Source: Thermoplasmatota archaeon (GTDB lineage: Archaea > Thermoplasmatota > JAKEGO01). Taken from it: a DNA stretch of 64,000 bases. The notes beneath the pieces are model-generated. The model worked only from the letters and a program-made list of their open reading frames with translations, did not search any database and was not told the DNA's origin. Positions 1 through 10,191 of the stretch are shown here, piece after piece (the first letter of the stretch is position 1; every line of letters begins with the position of its first letter). The DNA lies in NCBI GenBank assembly GCA_028279595.1, contig JANQNK010000013.1, forward strand, positions 32,001 to 96,000, read 5' to 3'. Both the position numbers and the translations under genes were made by a program.

Positions 1-1064
1 ACCTGGCGTCCGGGGCATCCGCCGGCGAGGACGAACGCGAGCCCTGCTAGGAGCATCCCAGAGAAGTTCCACAGCCCTTCACTGTGCGCAAGCGGTTGGT
101 CCTCCCATCCCGGGTTCCACTGATCATATACGAAGTAGTTCGTGAGGAAGGCCGATACGACCAGTGCAATGACCCCGATCAAGAGGTAGTAGTCCCGGAT
201 CAGTATCGTGTCCCTCATCCCGCCGATCGTGCAGAACCTCGTCCTCTGGGCGAAGAAACCGACCATCAGACCGGCAGCGAGCGAGACGCCGAGGGCGGCG
301 TGCGCGGCTCCCGGCCCTGCAGCAGATTCCCTGATGACCCTCGCATCCCCTGCCGTTGGATAGTACACCATCATGATCAGGAAACTGAGCATGACCAGCG
401 GAAGCATCAGCCCGACGTGTGGATACTGTTTCTGAGATCGGCCCATGTTGAAGCCCATCCTGATGAAGATGGCTCCGACCAACACGCCGGAGAACAGGCC
501 GAGTATTCCGAGGATGGCGTTCCAGTCCCCTCCCGCAAGGCGGAGGAACGCGCGCCACGGGCAGCCAAGGAAGACAAGGGCGCCCATCATGGCGAAGAAC
601 CCTAGAACGAACCGGATCATCGGTGCTGACCCTCCTCGGGAGCGCCACTCTCCGAAGATCATTGACGCCACCAGGGATCCCAGAATGATACCGATTATTT
701 CAGGTCTCATGTATTGCACTGGAGCGGCGTTGTGAAGTCCAAGGGCACCTGCGATGTCCCGCTCGAAACAGGCGATGCAGAAGCCCATGTTACCGGGATT
801 CCCCTCCTTCTGGAGGAACGTCGCGATCACGCCGATGAAGGCACCGGTGAAGATTATCCCGAGGTACGAGCTGAAGAACCAGTTCAGCCGTCCCTTCACC
901 TCCACGAGTGGATTCGCCTTTGGTGGGGGAGCCTTCCTGGATACCTTCTTCCTGGGTGCACTCGAGGGCTTTCCCTTCGGAACCTTCTCCACAGGCTCCT
1001 CGTCGTCAATAATCGATTCCTCTTCATTATCGATTATTTCCTTATCTTTATCATCTATTACCAT
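1..1064 (-). CDS. yedE: YeeE/YedE-family membrane protein of the putative selenium-metabolism YedE subfamily; 3' end runs off the window
   Basis: Not in the ORF track. Hand translation from ATG at 1064 gives MVIDDKDKE...GNPGNMGFCIACFERDIAGALGLH...FLGCPWRAFLRLAGGD...AQRTRFCTIGGMRD...LAGGCPGRQ, the characteristic motifs of this subfamily, with many hydrophobic segments. Confidence 0.9.
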   Translation of the reverse strand, partial: MVIDDKDKEIIDNEEESIIDDEEPVEKVPKGKPSSAPRKKVSRKAPPPKANPLVEVKGRLNWFFSSYLGIIFTGAFIGVIATFLQKEGNPGNMGFCIACFERDIAGALGLHNAAPVQYMRPEIIGIILGSLVASMIFGEWRSRGGSAPMIRFVLGFFAMMGALVFLGCPWRAFLRLAGGDWNAILGILGLFSGVLVGAIFIRMGFNMGRSQKQYPHVGLMLPLVMLSFLIMMVYYPTAGDARVIRESAAGPGAAHAALGVSLAAGLMVGFFAQRTRFCTIGGMRDTILIRDYYLLIGVIALVVSAFLTNYFVYDQWNPGWEDQPLAHSEGLWNFSGMLLAGLAFVLAGGCPGRQ

Positions 1065-1273
1065 TTTAGCACCATTCGTTAGCAGATGATTCCGTAAAGG
1101 GCGTTTCGCTTATAATTCTTTCGCGAAAAACCGGTTTCAAGGCCGATCGAGCCACGGACCCGATTGTTATCGTTACGTTAGTCGCAGAATCTTTATATCT
1201 CCAGAAGTCTTGTTTGCGTGCGGGAGGACCCGTATCCGTACGGAGATCCCGAGAGCGGAACGGAGTGATCGAG

Positions 1274-2590
1274 TTGGATCCGAAGATCCCGGCAGCGGCC
1301 ATCGTCGTCATCATGCTCATGGGTGCCCTGTACTTCGTCGGAGACGAGGATGACAGCAAGACCAAGAGAACGACCATCCCTGACGAGTATCCTGAATATC
1401 CATTCCAGGACATCCGCGAGTTCACCATCCAGGACCCTTCAGGGAATGTGACGCTAGGCGAGCTCCCGTGGGCAGTCTTCAACAGGAGCCACGGCGGGAA
1501 CTGCTGCGAGCACTATCTCGCCACCACCGAGTACGGGTGGATCACGAACCTCGGAGGCGAGTATCCGACCTGGAGCGAGGACGGCGGGATCACATGGCAG
1601 GATTACAGACCGATCACCGAACCGTTCGACGGTCTCGGCGAGGGTGCTATCATCCAGGCCCCCAACGGGGACATCCTCTCGATGAGCTGGTTCCCTTACT
1701 CAGGAGACCGTTTCATTTCCTTCTTCTACGACTACGCCCAGGAGGAGTGGTCCTATCTCGAGAACCACTGGGGATACGCACCATTCTACGACAGGCCATG
1801 GATAGTGGCGGTCCAGGGACCGATCAGCTTCCTCGGTGGGACCTATCCCTGGGCGAGCGTCGTGGTCTCGAACTTCTGGCAGGACGCCGTCATCAGCATC
1901 GACGGATTGACCTATGTCCAGCTGGCAGAACCCGACTCCGCAACCGGTGTCGTCGAGTTCGACCTTGACTACGAACCAGGACCGGAATACGATTATCAGG
2001 CTCCCCATCGGGAGATCCGTGGACATCCACTGCCCGACGGCGGTCTCCTGCTGCCGAGATACTTCGGCGACGACAACGCCCTGCTCCAGACCGACCTGAC
2101 CTGGACAAGGCACAGGCCCGTCGAGGGTGATCCGATACCGGCCGAGCATCTGGTCATCGACAGCACGGGGACCCTTCACTCGTGCGAGGTGGTCAGCGGC
2201 ATCATGACCTGGCACATGAGCATCGACGGGGGCCGGACATGGTCAGAGCAGGACATCGCACTGCCCGAGGGCGGCAGCCTCGAGGAGTGGGAGTTCCAGG
2301 CGGACGGCGCCAACGACGTCGCCTTCGCTTATATGAGGGCCGAGGTCAACGGGACCGACGTGGACTACCTTTGGCACATAATCGATTACTCCGAGAACCA
2401 GGAGCCCGATTGGATGACCCTGATAGGCCAGGGCGACCTCGATGCCACCTCCGGTGCCGGGAACGACGTCCGGTTCGATTTCGCGAGCCTGGCGATACTC
2501 CCCGACGGGAGCGCGGTCGTCTCCTACATGGACACGACCGACAGGAACCCGCTCTTCGGCCTCGAGATCGCGAGACCCGAGATCGTCTGA
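1274..2590 (+). CDS. Exported or membrane-anchored BNR/sialidase-like beta-propeller protein (paralog 1)
   Basis: N-terminal hydrophobic helix and Asp-box motifs (SEDGGITW, SIDGGRTW). Start placed at TTG 1274 after a GGAGTGA RBS; the ORF track starts at 1214. Confidence 0.75.
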   Translation: MDPKIPAAAIVVIMLMGALYFVGDEDDSKTKRTTIPDEYPEYPFQDIREFTIQDPSGNVTLGELPWAVFNRSHGGNCCEHYLATTEYGWITNLGGEYPTWSEDGGITWQDYRPITEPFDGLGEGAIIQAPNGDILSMSWFPYSGDRFISFFYDYAQEEWSYLENHWGYAPFYDRPWIVAVQGPISFLGGTYPWASVVVSNFWQDAVISIDGLTYVQLAEPDSATGVVEFDLDYEPGPEYDYQAPHREIRGHPLPDGGLLLPRYFGDDNALLQTDLTWTRHRPVEGDPIPAEHLVIDSTGTLHSCEVVSGIMTWHMSIDGGRTWSEQDIALPEGGSLEEWEFQADGANDVAFAYMRAEVNGTDVDYLWHIIDYSENQEPDWMTLIGQGDLDATSGAGNDVRFDFASLAILPDGSAVVSYMDTTDRNPLFGLEIARPEIV

Positions 2591-2624
2591 TAATGGAAAG
2601 GAATTCCTTCGGAACCAGGGTTTG

Positions 2625-2638
2625 GAAAAACTTTATAT
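2625..2638 (+). promoter_or_regulatory. BRE/TATA-like promoter
   Basis: GAAAAACTTTATAT upstream of the 2711 gene. Confidence 0.55.
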
Positions 2639-2710
2639 CGACCAAATAACACTGGTCGTACGGGACGATACGGACCACGCACCGCATCGATGGACCGCGG
2701 AGTGAAGAAG

Positions 2711-4093
2711 ATGCGATATCGGAAATGGACCATAACTGTCGTTATACTGGTACTGTTCATGTCGAACACCCTCTGTTTCGAGTCGGATGATGACGGAGAT
2801 GGCGGAGTTGCCGATACCAACGGCGGGGATACCATCGATCCGAATAACAACGGAACGACGGGACCTCCCGATCCCAACGGGACCATCCCGGACCAGAACC
2901 AGACCTTCCCGAATCATGATGTCAGATGGTACTCGGTACTTGATCCAGTCACAAGCGAGGAGATGTATCGGTCGGCATGGGCCATCTACAACGTCTCCCA
3001 CGGCGGAAACATGAACGAGCATTACCTCGCAACGACGAGGGAGGGGTGGATAACGAACCTCGGCGGCGAGATACCGTTCTGGACTACGGACAACGGTCTC
3101 ACCTGGGACAGTTACCAGCCTCCCACGGTGATGTCCCAGAGCGGTGAGGGCTCGATCACATACACTCCGGACGGGGACATCGTCTCCATGACATGGGACC
3201 CCTGGACCGGAGACCGGTTCATTGCATATCACTACGACTCCGCCTCCGGAGACTGGACATCTTTCGACAACAGGATGCACATGGCGTTCTACGACCGCCC
3301 GTGGCAGGTGACGGTTCCGGGACCGATTGACATCCCAGGTGGACCATTCCCGTGGGCGACGATAGTCATGTCCAACTACTGGGATGACATGGTGATCAGC
3401 GTGGACGGTCTCGTCTACAGTCAGCTCAACGAGCCATCTGCTGCCAGCAATGTCGAGTGGGACCTGGACTTCACCGACGTGGGCCGCGAGTTCGACTTCA
3501 TGACCCCCCACAGGAAGATGCTCGCAACTCCCCTTCCGGGTGGTGGAATGCTGATACCCCGTGCATTCGGCGACAGCGACGCCATCCTCACGAACGACCT
3601 CACCTGGGAGGCTCGTGCTCCGATCGAGGGCCAGCCAATCCCTGCAGAACACCTGGTCATCGATTCGTCGGGTGCGCTGCACAGCGTGGACGTCCAGGGT
3701 AGTGTGTTGATCTACTACCTGAGCCTGGATGGAGGCAGGACCTGGAATTCGGAACAGTTCTCGTGGGAGGACAAACAGATAGAGGATTGGGATTTCCAGG
3801 CCGACGGCCATCACGGTCTCGCTGTGATAAACATCATTGCGGGCGCGGGCGGTGAGCCGAACGAACACCTGATCTACCACATTCGGGACTACCGCGATAG
3901 CCAGAAGGCGGATTCCCTGACCTATGTCGGCCTGGGAGATGTCGATACGATCGCGGCGGTATCAGGCGGTGACGACAGGTTCGATTTCGCCAGCCTGGCG
4001 ATCCAGCCGGATGGTTCCGTTGTACTTGCATTCTGCGACAGCACGCACATCGATCCTATGATCGCAATAGAACTGCAGGCACCTTACGATTGA
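2711..4093 (+). CDS. Exported BNR/sialidase-like beta-propeller protein (paralog 2), possible lipoprotein
   Basis: Signal peptide MRYRKW...SNTLC and Asp boxes (TTDNGLTW, SLDGGRTW). Colinear with 1274..2590 (EHYLATT, GWITNLGGE, FYDRPW, PIPAEHLVIDS, RFDFASLAI). Confidence 0.78.
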   Translation: MRYRKWTITVVILVLFMSNTLCFESDDDGDGGVADTNGGDTIDPNNNGTTGPPDPNGTIPDQNQTFPNHDVRWYSVLDPVTSEEMYRSAWAIYNVSHGGNMNEHYLATTREGWITNLGGEIPFWTTDNGLTWDSYQPPTVMSQSGEGSITYTPDGDIVSMTWDPWTGDRFIAYHYDSASGDWTSFDNRMHMAFYDRPWQVTVPGPIDIPGGPFPWATIVMSNYWDDMVISVDGLVYSQLNEPSAASNVEWDLDFTDVGREFDFMTPHRKMLATPLPGGGMLIPRAFGDSDAILTNDLTWEARAPIEGQPIPAEHLVIDSSGALHSVDVQGSVLIYYLSLDGGRTWNSEQFSWEDKQIEDWDFQADGHHGLAVINIIAGAGGEPNEHLIYHIRDYRDSQKADSLTYVGLGDVDTIAAVSGGDDRFDFASLAIQPDGSVVLAFCDSTHIDPMIAIELQAPYD

Positions 4094-4197
4094 ATATGGA
4101 AGTATCGAGGGTCCACTATCCCCCTTGTTCCTTCATTAGCCTCGGTTGCAGTCAATCTTATAACAATCGGTGGGATTCCAGGTGTGAGGGAAATGGA

Positions 4198-4677
4198 ATG
4201 ACCGAATACCACACCAGACATCCCGAGAAGACCATCGAGGACGAGGCCGAGATCCTCGAGGTCATCGATTCGCAGCGATTGCTCACCATGGCGATGTCCT
4301 CCGACGATGAGCCGTACCTTGTCACGGTCAACTACGCATTCGATCCAGATACCCGAGAGTTCTACTTCCACTGTGCCACATCGGGCAAGAAGATAGATAT
4401 CATCAGGGCGAACCCCTCCGTCTGGTGCCAGATCACCGAGGACAGGGGATATGTCCAGACCGAGTGCGAGCACCACTTCCGGACGGTCCATTTCCCTGGA
4501 GAGGCGACGGTCATCGAGGACATCGACGAGATCAGACGAACGATATCGATGCTCATCCATCAGCAGGAGGACGAACCCGATCCCGTCAGGGAGCGCCTCC
4601 TGGCCAAGGTCAAGCCTGGAAAGCTCTACATGGTCAGGATAAAGGCCGGCGAGTTCTCCGGAAAGAAGAACGGCTAG
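4198..4677 (+). CDS. Pyridoxamine 5'-phosphate oxidase-like (NimA-type) FMN-binding protein
   Basis: EPYLVTVNY, FYFHCATSGKKIDIIRANPSV and FRTVHFPG motifs; start at ATG 4198. Confidence 0.85.
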   Translation: MTEYHTRHPEKTIEDEAEILEVIDSQRLLTMAMSSDDEPYLVTVNYAFDPDTREFYFHCATSGKKIDIIRANPSVWCQITEDRGYVQTECEHHFRTVHFPGEATVIEDIDEIRRTISMLIHQQEDEPDPVRERLLAKVKPGKLYMVRIKAGEFSGKKNG

Positions 4678-5903
4678 GCCTCGTGTTCGGCGCTCAACTT
4701 CGCGATCTCGATTATCACATCGACCGCCTTCTCCATCGAACTTACCGGAATGAACTCCTTCACGCCGTGGAAGTTGATGCCTCCGGAGAATATATTCGGT
4801 GTCGGGAGTCCCATGTAGCACAGCCTCGAGCCGTCGGTCCCTCCCCTGATGTTGTGGACGTTCGGCTCGATCCCGACGTTCGTGCAGGCCTGCTTCGCGA
4901 TCTCCATCACATGGGGATGCTGATCGAGAACGGATTTCATGTTCTTGTACGAATCCTTGATCTCGAGCTTGACCGAGACCTTCGGATAGGTCTCCTGGAC
5001 CTTGGACCGGATGGCCTTCAGCACGAGTGCTTTCTCGGCCATTCCCTCGTCGGTGAAGTCGCGGATCAGTACCTTGAGGTTGCTGACGTCCACCGACCCG
5101 TCGAAATGGTGCGGGTGGAGGTATCCGTCATAGCCGTCCGTGGTCTCGGGAGCGACGTCCTCGGGAAGGAGCGTGACGAGGTACCCCATTGCCCGCATCG
5201 AGTTGACCATCTTGTCCCGGGCGTAACCGGGATGGACGTTGTATCCTGTAAGTGTAAATATCCCGGTCGCGGCGTTGAAGTTCTCCTCCTCGACCTGGCC
5301 GATCTCCCCGCCGTCGATGGTGTAGGCGAAATCGGCACCGAACTTCTCGACATCGAAGAAAGCGGTCCCTTTCGCGACCTCCTCGTCCGGAGTGAATCCG
5401 ATCCTTATCTTGCCGTGCGGAGTGCCGTCCTCGATCATCCTCTCGACAGCGGTCATTATCTCGGCGACCCCGGACTTGTCGTCCGCACCAAGTAGTGACG
5501 AACCGTTCGACGTGATGATGTCGTGACCGATGTAGTTCTTCAGTTCCGGGTTCTCCTCCGGTGAGATGACCACGTCGCCCTCCGGAAGCTCGATGTTCCC
5601 GCCGTCGTAGTTCTCATGGATGATCGGCGTCGCCTTCCCCTCAGCCTCCGGCGATGTGTCCATATGTGCGATCAATCCCAGCACGGGAGCGTTCTCCATC
5701 CCCACCGTGGCCGGCACCGTGGCCATCACGTAGGCGTGCTCATCGACCTCCGCATCGTCCAGTCCCATCGCCTTGAGTTCGTCGGCCAGCAGCCTGGCCA
5801 GGTCGAACTGCTTCTCCGTCGACGGGACCTGCTCGACATCCTCCTTCGACTGGGTATCTATCTGAACGTATCTCAGGAACTTTTCCGTGACAGATTCTGC
5901 CAT
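4674..5903 (-). CDS. pepT: Peptidase T (tripeptide aminopeptidase, M20B)
   Basis: FLRYVQIDTQS, AHMDTSP, LLGADDKSG, FTPDEE, IRGGTDG and NFHG motifs. Confidence 0.95.
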   Translation of the reverse strand: MAESVTEKFLRYVQIDTQSKEDVEQVPSTEKQFDLARLLADELKAMGLDDAEVDEHAYVMATVPATVGMENAPVLGLIAHMDTSPEAEGKATPIIHENYDGGNIELPEGDVVISPEENPELKNYIGHDIITSNGSSLLGADDKSGVAEIMTAVERMIEDGTPHGKIRIGFTPDEEVAKGTAFFDVEKFGADFAYTIDGGEIGQVEEENFNAATGIFTLTGYNVHPGYARDKMVNSMRAMGYLVTLLPEDVAPETTDGYDGYLHPHHFDGSVDVSNLKVLIRDFTDEGMAEKALVLKAIRSKVQETYPKVSVKLEIKDSYKNMKSVLDQHPHVMEIAKQACTNVGIEPNVHNIRGGTDGSRLCYMGLPTPNIFSGGINFHGVKEFIPVSSMEKAVDVIIEIAKLSAEHEA

Positions 5904-6031
5904 ATCATATCCCCCTTCACCCTGGAATCGAGGTCAAGGATTAATAGGTTGTCCCGTGAATCCGATCCCTGGCGTTGATAAGGATTATATCTCGATAACG
6001 GATATCCTTGACCATGAGGGACCGATCCAAC

Positions 6032-6541
6032 ATGCAAGGGAGGAATCCAGACCCTCCACCACCCGATGATCTAGAAAAGACGATTTTCAAGGAAAAGGCC
6101 AGGTTGTTTAGAACCAACGTGTATGGTATGATATCCTCGGTCTGGTTCTTCATGTCCCTGATCGTCCTCTCGGGCATCTATATCCCTACATCAGGAAATG
6201 CCCTGCGGATCCTTGCCATCCTGGTCCTCATCTCATTACTTCTGACTTTCTCACCGACCCGGTACCCCCATCTCGGGAAGTTCGCCTTGTTGTCCATCGT
6301 TGCGATAACGATCTCGATCCTGGTGTTGCTGGCGACCATCCCGAATAAGAACGATATGAGGGATTACACTAACTTGGCTTTCCATCTGTGCTCGGCACTC
6401 ATCTTCTATATCGTGTTGCTTGTCATGGTACGGAGGAAGGTCCGTACCATATCCAGGATCGATGGCCTACGGCGGATCAAGCGGATACACAGGCGTGGTG
6501 GGAACCGATCGGACGTAAATCCAACGCTGGAGAATCACTAA
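6032..6541 (+). CDS. Hypothetical membrane protein with about four TM segments
   Basis: Four hydrophobic stretches and a basic C-terminal tail; start uncertain (6008/6014/6032). Confidence 0.65.
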   Translation: MQGRNPDPPPPDDLEKTIFKEKARLFRTNVYGMISSVWFFMSLIVLSGIYIPTSGNALRILAILVLISLLLTFSPTRYPHLGKFALLSIVAITISILVLLATIPNKNDMRDYTNLAFHLCSALIFYIVLLVMVRRKVRTISRIDGLRRIKRIHRRGGNRSDVNPTLENH

Positions 6542-6563
6542 ATACCCTCGATACGATATTGAT

Positions 6564-9500
6564 ATGATGGAAGACGGGGGGAAGTGGCGTTTCTGGATCG
6601 ATCGCGGCGGTACTTTCACTGATGTCGTTGCTGTGGGGCCCAAGGGCAAGGTCGTGGTCAGGAAACTTCTCTCCGAGGACCCTGAAAGGTACGAGGATGC
6701 CGCGATCCAGGGTATCCGCGAGGTTCTCGATGTCGGTCCCGGCAAGGCGGTCCCGGGAAAGGTCATCGACTCGATCAGGATGGGCACGACGGTAGGCACC
6801 AACGCGCTCCTGGAAAGGCGCGGGGAACCCACCGTTCTTGTCATAACGAAGGGATTCGGCGATGCCCTCAGGATCGGATATCAGGACAGGCCGAGGCTGT
6901 TCGACCTCAATATCGTCAAGCCCGAGCCGATATACGAGCGGGTCGTCGAGGCCATGGAACGGGTCGACGCCAGGGGTGGCATGCTCATCCCCCTTGACAA
7001 GGATCCCCTCAGGAGGGACCTCGAAGCGGCGTACAAGGAGGGTTACCGGTCCGTCGCGATCGCCTTCATGCACGGTTACAGGTACACCGACCACGAGGAG
7101 GATGCCGCCTGGATCGCCGCCGACGTGGGATTCACCCAGGTATCGGTCTCGAACGAGGTCAGTCCCTCCATGAGGCTGGTCAGCAGGGCCGGGACGGCCG
7201 TCGCCGACGCTTACACATCTCCGCTGCTCAGGCGGTACGTCGATGGTGTTCGGTCCGGTCTGGCTTCCCGGTCCATCGATCTCAAGTTCATGCAGTCCAA
7301 CGGCGGGCTGACGGACGCGACGTCCTTCAGGGGCAAGGACAGCCTGCTCTCCGGACCGGCAGGAGGAGTGGTCGGTGCGGTCTCTGCCGCCTCACGGACT
7401 GGACTGAAGGATATCATCAGTTTCGACATGGGAGGTACCTCCACCGACGTCGCCCATTACTCCGGTGAGCTGGAAAGGACGACAGAGGTCGAGGTCGGCG
7501 GTGTTGTCCTCCGTGTCCCTATGATGAGAATCAACACCGTGGCCGCGGGCGGCGGTTCCATATTACATTTCGACGGTATGCGCTTCAGGGTCGGTCCGGA
7601 TTCCGCAGGTGCCGATCCCGGACCGGCATGCTACAGGAAGGATGGACCGTTGACGGTCACCGACGCCAATGTCATGCTGGGCAGGATACAGCCGCACCAT
7701 TTCCCGCGGGTGTTCGGGTCCGGTGCCGATCAGCCGATCGACGTCGGGGTGGTGAGGGAACGGTTCGCCGGACTCGCCGATGACGTCTCTCGTGCTGCCG
7801 GCAGGGACGTATCCCCCGAGGAGGTCGCCGAGGGATTCCTCGAGGTGGCCGTCCAGAACATGGCGAGGGCGATCCTCAAGATATCGGTCCAGAGGGGTCA
7901 TGACATCGAGGGACATTCCCTAATCTGCTTCGGCGGTGCGGGTGGTCAGCACGCCTGCCGCGTCGCCGACGCGATCGGCGTCTCCCGGGTCGTGGTCCAT
8001 CCCCTCGCTGGTGTACTGTCCGCCTACGGCATCGGGCTTGCCGACGTGAGGGACATACGCGAGTCTCCGATCGAAGCAAAGCTCGACGGAGCAACGGTCA
8101 AACGATGCATATCCGAGCTCGACAGGCTTTCAGCGGAGGGTGCCAGAACACTGCGCGAGCAGGGGATGTCAGAAAGGGAAGTAAAGGTCCTCCGACGGGT
8201 CAATGTCAGGTACGTCGGTACCGACACGCCACTCGCCGTGAAGGCGGAGACCGTGGAAGGTATCAGGGTCGGATTCGTCTCCAAACACAGGTCGCTCTTC
8301 GGATTCGTGATGGACAGACCCTTGGTCGTATCCTCCGTGGTCGCGGAGACCATCGGCTCCACGGATCCTCCCGAGGTCAAAAGATGGACCCGTACCGGAC
8401 TGGATGCGCTCCCTGAGCACGTCCGGATGCACGTGAACGGTTCCACCGTCGAGGTGCCTCTCTACCTGAGGGAAGGTCTCTCTCCAGGCTACAACATCAG
8501 CGGTCCCGCGATCGTGGTCGAGGAGACCGGGACCAACATTATCGAACCCGGATGGACCGCATCCATCGATGAGATGGGCAACCTCGTACTGGAAAGGGCT
8601 GGAGCTGTTATCAGCGAAGCGTCCCCCACCGACCTTTCATTTCCGGACCCCGTCCGCCTGGAGGTCTTCAACAATCTCTTCATGTCCGTCGCGGAGCAGA
8701 TGGGCGAGACCCTGAGGAGGACGGCATACTCCGTGAACATCAAGGAGCGTCTGGACTTCTCCTGCGCAGTCTTCGACGATCAGGGCAGGCTGGTCGCGAA
8801 CGCTCCGCACATTCCCGTCCACCTAGGTTCGATGGGCGAATGCGTCAGGTCCCTCGTGGACAAGGTCGGGACGCCTGGACGTGGAGAGGTGTATCTCGTC
8901 AATTCACCGTACGGAGGCGGCACCCATCTGCCTGATATCACGATCATATCACCTGTGTACCTCGCCGGTTCCGATACTCCGAGCTTCTACGTCGCATCAC
9001 GTGGCCATCACGCCGACGTGGGCGGCATCACCCCGGGTTCGATGCCTCCAGGCGGCAGGACCCTGGACGAGGAGGGCGTCCACACCGACGGTCTTCTGGT
9101 AGTAAGGGACGGAGCGTTCCTCGAGGACGCCCTGAGGGCGTGGCTCGGCTCCGGACCCCATCCCGCGAGGTCTCCCGACACGAACATCGCCGACATCCAG
9201 GCCCAGATCGCAGCGGTCGAGCGGGGCTCGGCAGCGTTGAGGGCTTTGGTGGAGAGATACTCTCAGGAGACCGTCACCGCATACATGTCATTCGTCAGGG
9301 ACAACGCGGCGGAATCCGTCAGGAGGACCCTCGCGACGCTCCCCGGCGGGACCGCGACCATTGAGATGGACGACGGGAGCGATATCGTCGTGAACGTGTC
9401 CGTGAACCGTCAGATACGGACGGCAAGGATCGATTTCACTGGTACCTCGCCCCGGCGCGAGGACAACTTCAACGCGCCTCTTCCTGTGACCACCGCTTGC

Positions 9501-10169
9501 GTGCTGTATGTCCTCAGGACGCTGGTCGACGACGAGATCCCACTCAATGCAGGCTGCCTCGAACCGATCGAGCTCATCGTCCCTGAGGGCTCGATGCTCA
9601 ATCCCGCACCTCCGGCAGCGGTCGCGGCCGGGAACGTCGAGACCTCCCAGCACATCGTCGATGCCCTCCTCAGGGCGGTCGGTGCCCAGGCCGGGTCGCA
9701 CGGCACCATGAACAACCTGGCCTTCGGAAACGACGAGCACCAGTACTACGAGACCATCTGCGGCGGGACGGGCGCAGGACCCTCCTTCGATGGCGCGGAC
9801 GCGGTCCACTCCCACATGACCAACACGAGGATAACGGACCCCGAGGTGATCGAGTGGCGTCACCCGGTCATGGTAGAGGAGTTCTCTGTCAGGGAGGACA
9901 GCGGCGGCATGGGCAAGTTCAAGGGTGGGAACGGTGCTGTCCGGCGGATCAGAGCCCTTGAGCCGATGACGGCAACGATAGTCTCAAGCCACCGAGAGGT
10001 CGCGCCGGACGGACTCGAGGGCGGACCGGATGGTTCGAGGGGTCTGAACTACATACTGCGTGAGAACGGGAAGACTGTGGCCCTCAAGGGATGTGACATG
10101 GCCGAGATGGAGCCCGGTGACACCCTCGTGATCGAGACGCCCGGCGGCGGCGGATTCGGAAAGCCCTGA
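6564..10169 (+). CDS. oplA: ATP-dependent 5-oxoprolinase (fused hydantoinase A/B domains)
   Basis: IDRGGTFTD, MGTTVGTNALLER, LSGPAGG, DMGGTSTDV, NIKERLDFSCA, HIPVHLGSM, GNVETSQ and TPGGGGFG motifs. Confidence 0.93.
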   Translation: MMEDGGKWRFWIDRGGTFTDVVAVGPKGKVVVRKLLSEDPERYEDAAIQGIREVLDVGPGKAVPGKVIDSIRMGTTVGTNALLERRGEPTVLVITKGFGDALRIGYQDRPRLFDLNIVKPEPIYERVVEAMERVDARGGMLIPLDKDPLRRDLEAAYKEGYRSVAIAFMHGYRYTDHEEDAAWIAADVGFTQVSVSNEVSPSMRLVSRAGTAVADAYTSPLLRRYVDGVRSGLASRSIDLKFMQSNGGLTDATSFRGKDSLLSGPAGGVVGAVSAASRTGLKDIISFDMGGTSTDVAHYSGELERTTEVEVGGVVLRVPMMRINTVAAGGGSILHFDGMRFRVGPDSAGADPGPACYRKDGPLTVTDANVMLGRIQPHHFPRVFGSGADQPIDVGVVRERFAGLADDVSRAAGRDVSPEEVAEGFLEVAVQNMARAILKISVQRGHDIEGHSLICFGGAGGQHACRVADAIGVSRVVVHPLAGVLSAYGIGLADVRDIRESPIEAKLDGATVKRCISELDRLSAEGARTLREQGMSEREVKVLRRVNVRYVGTDTPLAVKAETVEGIRVGFVSKHRSLFGFVMDRPLVVSSVVAETIGSTDPPEVKRWTRTGLDALPEHVRMHVNGSTVEVPLYLREGLSPGYNISGPAIVVEETGTNIIEPGWTASIDEMGNLVLERAGAVISEASPTDLSFPDPVRLEVFNNLFMSVAEQMGETLRRTAYSVNIKERLDFSCAVFDDQGRLVANAPHIPVHLGSMGECVRSLVDKVGTPGRGEVYLVNSPYGGGTHLPDITIISPVYLAGSDTPSFYVASRGHHADVGGITPGSMPPGGRTLDEEGVHTDGLLVVRDGAFLEDALRAWLGSGPHPARSPDTNIADIQAQIAAVERGSAALRALVERYSQETVTAYMSFVRDNAAESVRRTLATLPGGTATIEMDDGSDIVVNVSVNRQIRTARIDFTGTSPRREDNFNAPLPVTTACVLYVLRTLVDDEIPLNAGCLEPIELIVPEGSMLNPAPPAAVAAGNVETSQHIVDALLRAVGAQAGSHGTMNNLAFGNDEHQYYETICGGTGAGPSFDGADAVHSHMTNTRITDPEVIEWRHPVMVEEFSVREDSGGMGKFKGGNGAVRRIRALEPMTATIVSSHREVAPDGLEGGPDGSRGLNYILRENGKTVALKGCDMAEMEPGDTLVIETPGGGGFGKP

Positions 10170-10191
10170 TGTTGGCTAAACCGTTATCAAC

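Noticed and set aside
84-1089. Plus-strand ORFs at the window start
   Set aside because: Antisense shadows of the minus-strand yedE gene.
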